The translations under genes and the position numbers were made by a program. Positions 54,029-64,000 of a stretch of DNA of 64,000 nt are shown here, in pieces. Each line of letters begins with the position of its first letter. Positions within the stretch are counted from its first letter, which is position 1. The notes under the pieces were generated by a model. The model was not told the origin of the DNA and searched no databases. It saw only the letters and a list, made by a program, of their open reading frames with translations. Source of the stretch: a virus (taxonomy: Duplodnaviria > Caudoviricetes); the IMG/VR virus record IMGVR_UViG_2895374923_000003, positions 18,026-82,025 of that record. One strand, 5' to 3'.

Positions 54029-57000
54029 GTGCGTCCATTTTCGCGTGTCTTCTTTCGGCATACACGCAAGTCGCTGGCCGCGAGCTTAATACTTGCGGTG
54101 ACGCCAGGGCTGCTGGGAATGACTGTGATGCCGGCCGTGGCCACCGCAGGCCAGACGTCCACGGTAGCGGCAAATTCGGTTGACACGCCTCGGCAGCAAA
54201 TGGGTTCTGCAAAGTCGCTGCCGTCACTGGTGGAGACCACTGTCACGCAGCGGGTGGCTGCAGAGGTCGACCCCGAGATGGGGCGGCCGAAGAAGGCGCT
54301 GCGGTCTGAGGAACGTTCCAGCACAACGACTGCGATGTCCGGGGTGGCGAGCGAACCCTGTACCGGCTATCCGATTTGGGAACCGCGGAACTATCCAGGC
54401 GGTGCTCAGGTCACTTATCAGAACCGGGTCCGTGAATGGCGGATCTGGACGGCAAGGAGCGACGGCGCATCGTCCTTGGTCGCCCCGGGAAGTGATAATG
54501 ACTGGGGCACGTGGTACGACTCCGGGTCGTGCCCACCGGATCCGCAGCCGGAGCCGCCGGCGCCGACGCTGCACGCAGTGTCCCCGCCGGGTGGGATGTT
54601 GGTGGGCACACGAACACCGACACTGCGGGCGCTCGCGCGCAGCAATGCTGGCTTCTACGCACTCAGTTACGCCTTCACCGTCTGTGAGGACGAGGCACTG
54701 AGCAAGGGGTGCGCGTCCGCACCCACGCTGGGCAATGATGTGAACACCTGGCAGGTGCCGGCTGGCAAGCTGGTCTGGAGTAAGCAGTACTGGTGGCGGG
54801 TCATCGTCACCGACACCAGCAACTCCAAGACCGCAGGCTGGACCGGAACGTTCACCACCGGCGTGCGCCAGCCCGTGATTACCTCACAACTGTCCACATC
54901 CTCGACAGGAGCGGCGTTCGAGACCGCGACGGGCAACTACACGACGAGCGTGACCGACGCATTGGTGGCGAATGCTGGGCTCCCGCTGGGAGTGGTGCGC
55001 TCCTACAACAGCATGGATCCGCATCGCGGCGGCATGTTCGGTGCTGGCTGGTCGACGGCCTGGGACATGCGGATCGTGACGGAAAATCATCCTGACGGTG
55101 TGACACTGCTGGTGACCTTGGCCAACGGTAAGCAGGTGCGGTTCGCGGCCAGCGGGGACGGCACCTTCCAGCCACCTCCGGGGATGCACGCGACGCTGGC
55201 CAATGTCTCCGATGGCGGCTGGCGGCTTATGGACAAGGCGTCCACCTCCTATCACTTCGACGGCCAGGGCCGCCTGACCAAGATCACCGACCTGCGTGGC
55301 CGTGCCCTAACGCTCACCTACAGCGCTGCCGGGACTCTGGAGAAGGTGACCGGTCTTGGCGACCGGAGGCTGACGTTCACTTGGACCGGCAAGCATGTCA
55401 CCGAGGTGATGACTGCCCCGGTGAATGGGACGCCGCTGAAGTGGACCTATATCTACGACGGTGACAAGCTCACGCAGGTCTGTTCTCCTCAGAAGGCGCC
55501 TAACTGCACTGCGTATGACTACACCACTGGGTCGCAGTATGCGAGCACGGTCTTGAACTCTGACCCGCTGAGCTACTGGCGTCTGGGTGAGACGAGCAAG
55601 GAGGAGGCTAAAGACGCAGGCTGGGCGGGGTCCTCAGGCCGCTACAACGACGTGACCCTCGGCCAGCCGGGAGCGATTGAAGGCAGCACAGATACTGCAA
55701 TTCAACTGAGCCGCGGGGTCACTGGCCCTCAGCCGTCAGTCACGCTGCCTGAACATGTGATCGCCCGAATCGGCACTGGCGCTTCCTTCGAGACGTGGTT
55801 TAAGACCAGCCAACAGGGCGCGATCTTCTCCACGAGCGGAACTGACGAGTACTTCTACTCGCGGTCGGCGATTTATGTCGGCTCAGACGGCAAGCTGCGC
55901 GGGCAGTTCCGTCCAACCGATGGTTCCCCGATCACTCCGATTACCAGCGCTTCTGCTGTCAACGACGGACAGTGGCATCACGTGGTTCTGACCATGGCTG
56001 GTGATAAGCAGACCATGTACGTGGACGGCACGGTGGCAGGGACAGTGACAGCTACCCCCGGATGGGGCGGCTGGCCAGTGACCGCACAGCTCGGCGCTGG
56101 CGTTCTCAATGACGGTAATCCGCTGACCACGCCAGCCGGTGCTCAGAGCAACATCTGGCCTGCGATCCCGGCCACAAACTACAGCGGCTACTTGGACGAG
56201 GTGGCCATCTTTGACAAACCACTGTCGGCACAAGAGGTCGCCCTCCATTACGCCGCTCGCACCGCCGCGCCGCACCTGCTCACGAAGATTGCCCGTCCTT
56301 CGGGCAGAGTGGAGATGCGGGCTGTCTATGACACGGGCAATGACCGCATCAAGACCTATACTGACGCTAACGGCGGCACCTGGCAGATCAGTGCGCCCGT
56401 CCCCGGGCCTGTTGACCTCATTGACCTGTCCGTCGTGGAGAAGATCACGGTCACCGATCCCGCCAGCAACACACTCGTATACGAGCACGACAGCTGGCGT
56501 GGCAACCGTCTGATCTCGATAACAGACCAGCTCGGCAAGAAAACTAGCTACGGCTACGACACGGGCGGCTTCCTGGAGAAGGCCACGGACCCGAACGGCA
56601 ACGCCGTCACGCGCGCCAACGACAAACGCGGCAACGCACTAGCCGTCTCAACATGTCGTTCGGCGGGCAACTGCCAAACACAGCGCGTCGAGTACAGCCT
56701 CAACACCAACGACGAGTTCGACCCCCGCAATGACCGCCCTATCAAGATCCGCGACGCTCGCTCGGCAACGGCGACTGACAACACCTACGCCACCTCGATC
56801 GAATACAACAGCTTCGGCGAGCAGATAAAGCAGACCACTCCAGCCACCCCTGATTTCCCCAACGGCCGCTCCACCACGGTCGCCTACACCGACGGCACGG
56901 AGACAGCCGTCGGCGGTGGAACTACCCCGGCCGGACTGCCGAAGATCATGACTGATCTGCGGGGCCACTCCTGGACCTACCGTTACACAGCCGCCGGTGA

Positions 57001-60000
57001 TCTGGTTGAGCAGACCGACCCCGGAGGGCTGATCACCAAGCTGGACTACGACGCGATCGGACGACCGACCAGTTCCACCCAGGTATCGTCAGCTTTTCCA
57101 GATGGTGTGAAGACCGTCTTTACTTATGATGCTGCTGGCCGGCCCGAGACGCTGACCGAGCCTGGGGTGAAGAACGAGGTTTCCGGTGTTACTCACACCA
57201 AGAAGACCACGCGGACCTATGACGCGGACGGCAACACGCTAAGCGAGATCGTCACCGACCTGACCGGCGGCGACGTCGCACGCTCCATCGTCAATACCTA
57301 CGATGCCCAGGGCAGAGTGGAGACGATCACCGGCGCTGAGGGGGGTGTGGTCCGCCAGACGTGGAACACCCTAGGCCAGCTTGTACGCATAACTGATGCT
57401 CGTGGCACGGTAGTCGAGAACGCTTACACGAAGCGCGGCGAGCTTCACGCCCGGACGCTGAAGGGATGGACAGGCAGCCCAGTCAACCCGCAACCTGCTC
57501 AGGACGTGGTGCTGGAGTCTCTCGCGTACGACCCCGCAGGCCGCCTAGCCACCCGGACCGACGCCATGGGTCGCAAGACGTCCTACACCTACTTCACTGA
57601 TAACCTGCTGTGGCAGAAGATCGCCGACGACGTGAAACTAAACGGCTCGGCCACGGCTCGCGATGTCACTCTGGAAGCGCACACATACGATGCGGCGGGC
57701 CAGCGCACCAAGCTGGTGACCGGTGGCGGCGTCGCTACCACCGAGACCGTTTACGATGCGGCCGGCCGTATCACGTCGCAGACCTTCGACCCGGCCCAGC
57801 TCGTGCGCAAGACCGCCTTCACCTACGACGCCAACGGCAACATTCTGAAGACCACCCACACTGGTGGCGGCAGCACACGGGCAGAGAGCACCGAGTACGC
57901 CTACAACAAGGCCAACCTGCCAACCCGGGAGACGGTAGAGAACGGCGAGCAGGACCTCATCTCCACGCTCGCCTACGATGAGCGCGGCCTGGTCACCGCG
58001 ATCACCGACCCACGAGGCAACGTCGCTGGTGTGACCGCTGCCGATTTCACCACCAGGATGCGCTACGACGCGATGGGCCGCCTGGCCGAAGCCGTTGGAC
58101 CGCAGGTGGCGGTCGACAAAGCGGGATCCAGTACCTCGGCTAAACCGACTGTCAAGATCGGCTACGACACCTTCGGCGCCGAGACTCACAAGACCGACGC
58201 AGAAGGCCGGACGCTCACCTCGGTCTTCGATAAAGCAGGCCGTCTGATGAGCCAGGTCGCACCATCGTACACACCGCCCGGTGGGCTGGCGATGACGCCC
58301 ACCACCACGTACGCATACGACGCGGCCGGACAGCTGATCAAAACCACGAACCCGCAGGGTTTCTCCACCACCTTCGATTATGACCAGCTCGGGCACCAGG
58401 TCCGTATCAACAACTTGGCGCCGGAAGGTAAGCAGTCCGCCCATACAGTGGTCGATTACGATCTCGTCGGAGAGAAGCTCGCCGTCATCGACCCGACGGG
58501 CGCCCGCAGTGAGCAGACCTACGATGATCTGGGCCGAGTCATTACCAGCACTCAGGTGGAGCGCAGCCCTGCGCCTGCAGCCTTCACCACGCGGTTGGAG
58601 TACAACGACGGTGGCCGGCTCATCAGACAGGTCGCGCCGGGCGACCGGATTACCAGCTTCGCCGTGAACGCCGCCGGTGAGGTCATCACACAGACTGACC
58701 CGGCCACGAACAAGACGTTGATGGCCTACGACCTGGCTGGGCGCCTGATCAGGACGACCGACCCGGAGGGCAACGCCACCACGGCCGAATACGATCTGGC
58801 TGGCCGCCAGATCGGCGTCCAGGATCTGAACGCCAGCGGCGCGATGGTGCGCTCGGCCAGTACCGCCTACGATGCGGCGGGCAACCCGATCAGCGCCACC
58901 TCCCCCGAGGGACACGTCACCAAGCAGACCTACGATGCCCTCAACCGGGTCACCTCGCTGATCGAGCCGATTTCTGCGAGCGAGTCGACTACCACCCGCT
59001 TCGGTTACGACGCCACCGGTGCTCGTACCCGGCTGACCGACGGACGCGGCAACGCCACCTGGACCAGCTACAACAGCCTTGGCCTGGCCGAAACCGTAAC
59101 CGAGCCGGCCACCACGGCACACCCGAACCCTGCCGACCGCACCTGGACTAGCATCTACGACCAGGCAGGCAACCCCGTCACCTCGCTGCTGCCGGGTGGG
59201 GTGCGCATCGACCGGCACTTCGACTATCTCGGATTCTTAACCCAAGAGAGCGGTTCAGGCGGGGGCGCGGCCAGTGCTCATCGCTACTTCCGGTACGACC
59301 TGGCTGGCCGCACCACACGTATCAACAACACGGATCTCTCCTACAACGACCGCGGTCTGCTGACGTTCGTCGGTGTGGAACAACCCCCTACGGGTTTCAC
59401 TACATACACCGCCTATACCTACGACGAGGCTGGCAACCCCATTCAGCGTGTTGACGACGCGGGCACAGCGAACTTCACGTGGGACAAGGCCAACAGGCTC
59501 GCCACCGCCACCGATCCCCTTACCGGGCGGACGCTGACCTATGGATACGACAAGGCTAGCCGCCTGACCTCCATGACCGGCAAAACCAACACCGGAGCGG
59601 CTTCGGATTCCCAGACCTTCACTTACGACGCTGTTGACCGCCTCGAATCCCAGACGCTGAAGAACGGCACGGGCGCCCAGCTGGCGAAGATCACCTATGG
59701 GTGGGACAAAGATGACAACCTCACAACCAAGACCACTGCAGGTACGGCTGGCGCAGGTATCAACACCTACACCTACGACCACGCCGGCCGCCTGACCTCC
59801 TGGACCGCCCCCGGCGGCGCCAAAACCGACTACGCCTGGGACGCCTCCGGCAACCGCACCAAAGCGGGCGACAAGACCTATACCTACGACGAACGCAACC
59901 GCCTCACCAGCGGCAACGGCACCACCTACGCCTACACCCCCCGTGGCACCCTGGCCACCGAAACCAAGAACGGCCAGACCACGAACCTGACCTTCGACGC

Positions 60001-61774
60001 CTTCGACCGGCTCATCGCCGACGGCGACAGCCTTTACACTTACGACGGCCTCGACCGCGTCACCAGCCGCACCCGCGGTACCACTAAGCAGACCTTCACC
60101 TACTCCGGTCTCGGTAACGACCTAGCCAAGATCAGTGAAACCAGTGGCGACATCCAAGCGCGATACGGCCGCGACCCATTCGGCGGCCTGCTCGGTCAGC
60201 AAGAAGGCACTGGCCCGGTGGTAGCCACTCTTACCGATCTACACGGCGACCTTGTCGCCACCTTCAGCACTACGGGTCTGGCCACCAGCACCGCCTACGA
60301 CCCCTTCGGCACCATCACCGCCCAGACCGGCGCCAAGACCAACCTCGGCTACCAGGGCGAATACGCCGATCCCGAGACCGGCAAAACCAATATGCACGCC
60401 CGCTGGTACCAACCCGGAACCGGCACCTTCACCAGCCGCGACACCGCCAACCTCAACCCCAGCCCGTCGGTCCAGGCCAACCGCTACACCTACGCCAACG
60501 CCTCACCCCTCACCGGCATCGACCCCACCGGCCACGCCACGGAAACCCCCAACTCCTGGAACAGCGGCGGCACATCAGGCTGGGGCAACACCGGCGGTGG
60601 TTACTGGGGAGACCCATGCAGCGCCGGCGTATGCCTACAGCCTGGGGGGGCAGGTTCCGGAGGCCCCATAGCCTGCAGCGGGGCTGGCTTGGATATCTGC
60701 GGTGGATTTGAACCACATGCGGAATGGGAGTCGGTAGAGTACGCACCGCTTTTCGATGAAGCAGAGGCCAGGCGTATCGGTGTAATGGAGAATGGCCGAA
60801 AGCTGCCTCGAGGTATTGGTGAGGATTATTGGCTGGCAAGTCAAGCGGAGCGAGATGCTTTTCATCGAGCTTGGAATCCTGAGCTCAGTGACAAACAACT
60901 GAGTCGTATGTGGTGGTTTATGCGATTCGGTAGCACGAAGCCCTCAGGTGGGGGCAGGGCGGGCCCAAATCCTGACGACTGTACGGTATCGAAGACTGAC
61001 CCGTATTGTGCGGACTATAACGCGCAGAAGCGGTGCGAGCAGAAGCTGGGCAAGAAGCACTGCAACGACCTTTTGGAGGCAGCTCGCTATCGAGTTGTAA
61101 TTCTGGTCAACGGGACTATTATCGCCGCCCCAACCAAGGGGCAACTGGATAGCATTGTCAATGCAGCGGTTCAGAAGTTGTGCGGAAGCGATGCGCGATG
61201 CCGCAGACATGCAAGCGAGGATGAAACTGCAGAACAATCCTGGGTCATTAAAGAGGTCTGCCGTGTTCAGGCTTCATGGTGCAATAATTTCTCTAGCATC
61301 GGTGTTGGTGGAACACTACTAGTTGGCGGTGCTGGCGTAGTCGGACTAGGTAAATTCTCGTCAGGCAAGCCGCCGCACATCATGACGGTTACCGTTTACA
61401 ATGAGAAGGGCGTTCCCCAGAGCAGCTTTACGCTTAGAAGCGGCAATGCCACACCAGAGGAGATAGCAAAGGGTTTCCCCAGGACTTCTCTTTTGACTCA
61501 CACGGAAAACCGCGCTATGAGAAGTACGCCAGTTAGGCCGGGGTGGCACATAGTTATGGAAGGGCAATATCCGCCATGCCCTAGCTGTAAGGGGGCCATG
61601 AACGAGCGATGGAGAAACGAGAGAGGCAGAGTCAGTATCACATACATCTGGCGGTCCGCGGGTCCCGGAGCCCCTGGCGGAGGCTACTGGTCAGCCGGTG
61701 GCGGCCGCGGAAATAAGGCGGTATGGAATGGGTTCACATATGGAGGCGGCGGAAAATGCTCCAGATGTAAATAG
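54029..61774 (+). CDS. Secreted RHS/YD-repeat polymorphic toxin (CBM-like, DUF6531-like, LamG, RHS core) with C-terminal Pput2613-like deaminase
   Basis: Signal peptide; PLSYWRLGE..DEVAIF LamG; YD repeats; LGYQGEY..HARWY..NRYTY..DPTGH core; toxin tip SGNATPEEIAKGFP..THTEN..GQYPPCPSCKGAM..YIW. Confidence 0.9.
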   Translation: MRPFSRVFFRHTRKSLAASLILAVTPGLLGMTVMPAVATAGQTSTVAANSVDTPRQQMGSAKSLPSLVETTVTQRVAAEVDPEMGRPKKALRSEERSSTTTAMSGVASEPCTGYPIWEPRNYPGGAQVTYQNRVREWRIWTARSDGASSLVAPGSDNDWGTWYDSGSCPPDPQPEPPAPTLHAVSPPGGMLVGTRTPTLRALARSNAGFYALSYAFTVCEDEALSKGCASAPTLGNDVNTWQVPAGKLVWSKQYWWRVIVTDTSNSKTAGWTGTFTTGVRQPVITSQLSTSSTGAAFETATGNYTTSVTDALVANAGLPLGVVRSYNSMDPHRGGMFGAGWSTAWDMRIVTENHPDGVTLLVTLANGKQVRFAASGDGTFQPPPGMHATLANVSDGGWRLMDKASTSYHFDGQGRLTKITDLRGRALTLTYSAAGTLEKVTGLGDRRLTFTWTGKHVTEVMTAPVNGTPLKWTYIYDGDKLTQVCSPQKAPNCTAYDYTTGSQYASTVLNSDPLSYWRLGETSKEEAKDAGWAGSSGRYNDVTLGQPGAIEGSTDTAIQLSRGVTGPQPSVTLPEHVIARIGTGASFETWFKTSQQGAIFSTSGTDEYFYSRSAIYVGSDGKLRGQFRPTDGSPITPITSASAVNDGQWHHVVLTMAGDKQTMYVDGTVAGTVTATPGWGGWPVTAQLGAGVLNDGNPLTTPAGAQSNIWPAIPATNYSGYLDEVAIFDKPLSAQEVALHYAARTAAPHLLTKIARPSGRVEMRAVYDTGNDRIKTYTDANGGTWQISAPVPGPVDLIDLSVVEKITVTDPASNTLVYEHDSWRGNRLISITDQLGKKTSYGYDTGGFLEKATDPNGNAVTRANDKRGNALAVSTCRSAGNCQTQRVEYSLNTNDEFDPRNDRPIKIRDARSATATDNTYATSIEYNSFGEQIKQTTPATPDFPNGRSTTVAYTDGTETAVGGGTTPAGLPKIMTDLRGHSWTYRYTAAGDLVEQTDPGGLITKLDYDAIGRPTSSTQVSSAFPDGVKTVFTYDAAGRPETLTEPGVKNEVSGVTHTKKTTRTYDADGNTLSEIVTDLTGGDVARSIVNTYDAQGRVETITGAEGGVVRQTWNTLGQLVRITDARGTVVENAYTKRGELHARTLKGWTGSPVNPQPAQDVVLESLAYDPAGRLATRTDAMGRKTSYTYFTDNLLWQKIADDVKLNGSATARDVTLEAHTYDAAGQRTKLVTGGGVATTETVYDAAGRITSQTFDPAQLVRKTAFTYDANGNILKTTHTGGGSTRAESTEYAYNKANLPTRETVENGEQDLISTLAYDERGLVTAITDPRGNVAGVTAADFTTRMRYDAMGRLAEAVGPQVAVDKAGSSTSAKPTVKIGYDTFGAETHKTDAEGRTLTSVFDKAGRLMSQVAPSYTPPGGLAMTPTTTYAYDAAGQLIKTTNPQGFSTTFDYDQLGHQVRINNLAPEGKQSAHTVVDYDLVGEKLAVIDPTGARSEQTYDDLGRVITSTQVERSPAPAAFTTRLEYNDGGRLIRQVAPGDRITSFAVNAAGEVITQTDPATNKTLMAYDLAGRLIRTTDPEGNATTAEYDLAGRQIGVQDLNASGAMVRSASTAYDAAGNPISATSPEGHVTKQTYDALNRVTSLIEPISASESTTTRFGYDATGARTRLTDGRGNATWTSYNSLGLAETVTEPATTAHPNPADRTWTSIYDQAGNPVTSLLPGGVRIDRHFDYLGFLTQESGSGGGAASAHRYFRYDLAGRTTRINNTDLSYNDRGLLTFVGVEQPPTGFTTYTAYTYDEAGNPIQRVDDAGTANFTWDKANRLATATDPLTGRTLTYGYDKASRLTSMTGKTNTGAASDSQTFTYDAVDRLESQTLKNGTGAQLAKITYGWDKDDNLTTKTTAGTAGAGINTYTYDHAGRLTSWTAPGGAKTDYAWDASGNRTKAGDKTYTYDERNRLTSGNGTTYAYTPRGTLATETKNGQTTNLTFDAFDRLIADGDSLYTYDGLDRVTSRTRGTTKQTFTYSGLGNDLAKISETSGDIQARYGRDPFGGLLGQQEGTGPVVATLTDLHGDLVATFSTTGLATSTAYDPFGTITAQTGAKTNLGYQGEYADPETGKTNMHARWYQPGTGTFTSRDTANLNPSPSVQANRYTYANASPLTGIDPTGHATETPNSWNSGGTSGWGNTGGGYWGDPCSAGVCLQPGGAGSGGPIACSGAGLDICGGFEPHAEWESVEYAPLFDEAEARRIGVMENGRKLPRGIGEDYWLASQAERDAFHRAWNPELSDKQLSRMWWFMRFGSTKPSGGGRAGPNPDDCTVSKTDPYCADYNAQKRCEQKLGKKHCNDLLEAARYRVVILVNGTIIAAPTKGQLDSIVNAAVQKLCGSDARCRRHASEDETAEQSWVIKEVCRVQASWCNNFSSIGVGGTLLVGGAGVVGLGKFSSGKPPHIMTVTVYNEKGVPQSSFTLRSGNATPEEIAKGFPRTSLLTHTENRAMRSTPVRPGWHIVMEGQYPPCPSCKGAMNERWRNERGRVSITYIWRSAGPGAPGGGYWSAGGGRGNKAVWNGFTYGGGGKCSRCK

Positions 61775-61865
61775 GTGCTCCGCTGCCTCGGGCAAGGATT
61801 CTCTTGCTTGAGGCAGCACCGAGAGTGGGGATGGAGAGGGCTTAACCTCCACCCAACTTGCTCGC

Positions 61866-62276
61866 GTGGACATTAGGGAGTACTATCCCGACATGGCTAC
61901 GAGGTGGACCGTCCGGCATGTGTTCGCTCAGAAGGTTCCTTTTGAGGGGACTTTCGTTGTCACTTTCATAGAGGGCGAAAAGGGGACGGGTCGCAGGCTG
62001 TACTTCGACGGAAAGGTTGGGGCAGAAGCTGAGGATGCTCAGTCGTATCTTATTGCGACTGAGGCGGGGCAAGCGGTGGCTAGGCCCATAAAGTCTATTA
62101 GCTTCGACGGTTCTATTCTCAGCATTACGCTCGACGATGCTAGCGCTTGGCAGCTTGGTATAGACGCTAAAGTATCGTTGGATTTTGAACCGACCTCCCT
62201 TGCCGCTGAAGCACGGCATGGCCTGGAAGAGTTCTTTTCTTATATCTCCGTTCCGGAAGTGATTGTGAACCTATAG
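61866..62276 (+). CDS. Putative cognate immunity protein (Imm10-like)
   Basis: Directly downstream of the toxin; lower GC; beta-rich pattern similar to the next gene. Confidence 0.6.
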   Translation: MDIREYYPDMATRWTVRHVFAQKVPFEGTFVVTFIEGEKGTGRRLYFDGKVGAEAEDAQSYLIATEAGQAVARPIKSISFDGSILSITLDDASAWQLGIDAKVSLDFEPTSLAAEARHGLEEFFSYISVPEVIVNL

Positions 62277-62315
62277 GGAACCTGGGCGGCCTGTAGGATC
62301 CACATCCACTTAGTT

Positions 62316-62735
62316 ATGTTGGTGCGTATGACTGTAACATTCACGGCGCACGTAGTCAGCGTAGATGACTGCCAAGACTATGACTGTCTATCTGCTGGGG
62401 TGGCGGAAGCCCGGGACGGCACGGGAATGGCATTTGTCTTTCTATGCAGCACTGAACCGAATGAGCAGGGCGACGACCTTTCCTGGGACACCCACTGCGT
62501 TGTCACTGCTGACCAGCGGACCGCATACGGTGCGGTGGAGGAGATCACTCTCCGCGACAACAAGTTGTTAGTCACCTTAGACTTGGACGCTCTAGAGACG
62601 CTTGATCTGCCGAGCCCTTACGTCGAAATCGTCCTTGATTCGGATGATGTCTCAATTGAACGATTTCGGCAAGCACTCAGACGGATTATGACGTACGGCC
62701 GAGTCGATGCCCGCCCAAGAGTGATCGACTTGTAG
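62316..62735 (+). CDS. Imm10-family immunity protein
   Basis: TFTAHVVSV..AGVAE..G..F..EPNEQ..DTHCVVT.DQ.TAYG.V..ITL. Confidence 0.7.
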   Translation: MLVRMTVTFTAHVVSVDDCQDYDCLSAGVAEARDGTGMAFVFLCSTEPNEQGDDLSWDTHCVVTADQRTAYGAVEEITLRDNKLLVTLDLDALETLDLPSPYVEIVLDSDDVSIERFRQALRRIMTYGRVDARPRVIDL

Positions 62736-63038
62736 GGGCGACGTTGCTGCTTTGAAGAGATACTAGAACGTCAGCAGAGGGATTCTTTCGTTAAGCTTTC
62801 TGATCGAGTGGACCAAGGTCGTCCCCAGTCAGCTCAATTACCCGCACTACGGCAACATGGACACCACCGGCCTGGCGAGCACGAACCTGGATCACTGGTG
62901 GGAAGTGATCTGCACCAGTCCCGCCTGCGACAAGGCGGCCTACGCCGCGAAATGGGCAGACAATCGAATCCTGAAGTAGTCGTCCCGCCCGCAGGCATGT
63001 ACTCCTCGATCAATCAATCTATGACGGGATAGGACAAG

Positions 63039-63061
63039 GGCTCCGGTAGATCACCGGAGCC
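63039..63061. terminator. Terminator-like hairpin
   Basis: GGCTCCGGT-agatc-ACCGGAGCC. Confidence 0.5.
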
Positions 63062-63166
63062 TTCACCGCATCTGGATACGCTTGGCTGTTCGCTCGACGA
63101 CCCGGGAGATGCTGTTCGGGGCGCGGGTAGCAACCACATGCATAGTGGCAATGTTGGGCAATCTCG

Positions 63167-64000
63167 TTGACTCCCTACATCACCGGAGAGAAGGTGAGGA
63201 CGCTCACGGCAATCTCCGGCAATCCCCCAGCGCAGGAGGACAGCATGTCGCTAGATTTCGTCGGCATGAGCGACACTTCGCCGCACGGTAACTGCCCAGC
63301 GGTGCACGTCGAACGGGAAAGCGGCGACGGGATCTTCGTCGGGAAGGTCGTCACTGACCCAGAGATCATCGCCCAGGTGACCAAGCACGCCGACATCGAC
63401 ATCGACGAAGGTGTCTTCAGGATGCCCGCGTCGATGTGGCCCGCTATCGCGAAAGCTGCGGCCGGTGACTACGAGCCCGGCCTTCAAGGACACGGCCCGC
63501 TCCGCATCGAGGACATGATCGCCGTCATCCAGCGATCGGCCGCACATCTGGAGATGCAGCCGCATTACGGTCTGGACGATCCGTCGTTCCTCGTTTGGAA
63601 GGAGACTTCCCAACACCCAGCTGACGACGAGCGCGACGAGGCATGGCGCAACACCATCCGTACGGCAGTCGCCCGAGGCGTGACGTTCCGGCGTCTACGC
63701 ATCGTGCCTGAGCCCCTCACCGACTACCTCTGGTGGGAGCATGCGATTACGGAAGAGGTGAACGTCACGCCAGGTGAGCAAGTGCGCTGGCTGCCACGGA
63801 GTCAAGCGGTCGGCTTGTTGCTACCCGCTCATGACTTCTGGCTATTCGACACGGCAACCGTGAGGTTCGCACACTTTGACCTCGACGGTCGCCTTACATC
63901 GGAGCAGTCCACCGGGGATCGGACAGTAGTGGCGCAGAATCTCGCCGCTTTCGAGGTCCTATGGGATCGGGCCATTCCTCACGCCGACTTCAAGCCGTAA
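63167..64000 (+). CDS. DUF6879-family protein with an extra N-terminal domain
   Basis: HLEM..Y..W..RRLRIVPEPLTDY..W..N..GE.VRWLPR..DFWLFD..HF..W..AIPH; likely start ATG 63245 after GGAGGA; stop is the last codon of the window. Confidence 0.8.
   Translation: MTPYITGEKVRTLTAISGNPPAQEDSMSLDFVGMSDTSPHGNCPAVHVERESGDGIFVGKVVTDPEIIAQVTKHADIDIDEGVFRMPASMWPAIAKAAAGDYEPGLQGHGPLRIEDMIAVIQRSAAHLEMQPHYGLDDPSFLVWKETSQHPADDERDEAWRNTIRTAVARGVTFRRLRIVPEPLTDYLWWEHAITEEVNVTPGEQVRWLPRSQAVGLLLPAHDFWLFDTATVRFAHFDLDGRLTSEQSTGDRTVVAQNLAAFEVLWDRAIPHADFKP

Overview
Bases 1 to about 50.9 kb are part of a large, high-GC actinomycete phage or prophage with a contractile tail. The window opens inside the baseplate/tail module (gpV spike, gp25-like wedge, baseplate J, paralogous tail-appendage genes, two carbohydrate-binding tail proteins, holin). 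Next comes a near-complete replication, recombination and nucleotide-metabolism arm (HTH initiator with internal iterons, DnaC-like loader, DnaB, primase, SNF2 helicase, SSB, Pol I, class II RNR, RecA, Hjc-like, Cas4-like and RuvC-like nucleases, WhiB, ThyX, dNMP kinase, SpoVS). A block of mostly uncharacterised genes follows, including a glycosylase-like protein with an antisense acidic micro-ORF, a CHAP endolysin, and a nucleotidyltransferase-HAD-TGT/DpdA-fold module. The element ends in a divergently transcribed array of small genes, each preceded by a repeated hairpin plus C/A-rich leader. A five-copy dyad motif (AAAGC-N15-GCTTT) marks several promoter regions. After about 51 kb the composition shifts to an accessory region: an actinophage-type repressor, a frameshifted immunity gene, an IS110 remnant, a 2581-aa secreted RHS toxin with a Pput2613-like deaminase tip, two Imm10-like immunity genes and a DUF6879 fusion gene. 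No integrase, terminase large subunit, capsid gene, tRNA or CRISPR array was seen. All family assignments come from motif recognition by eye, not database searches.
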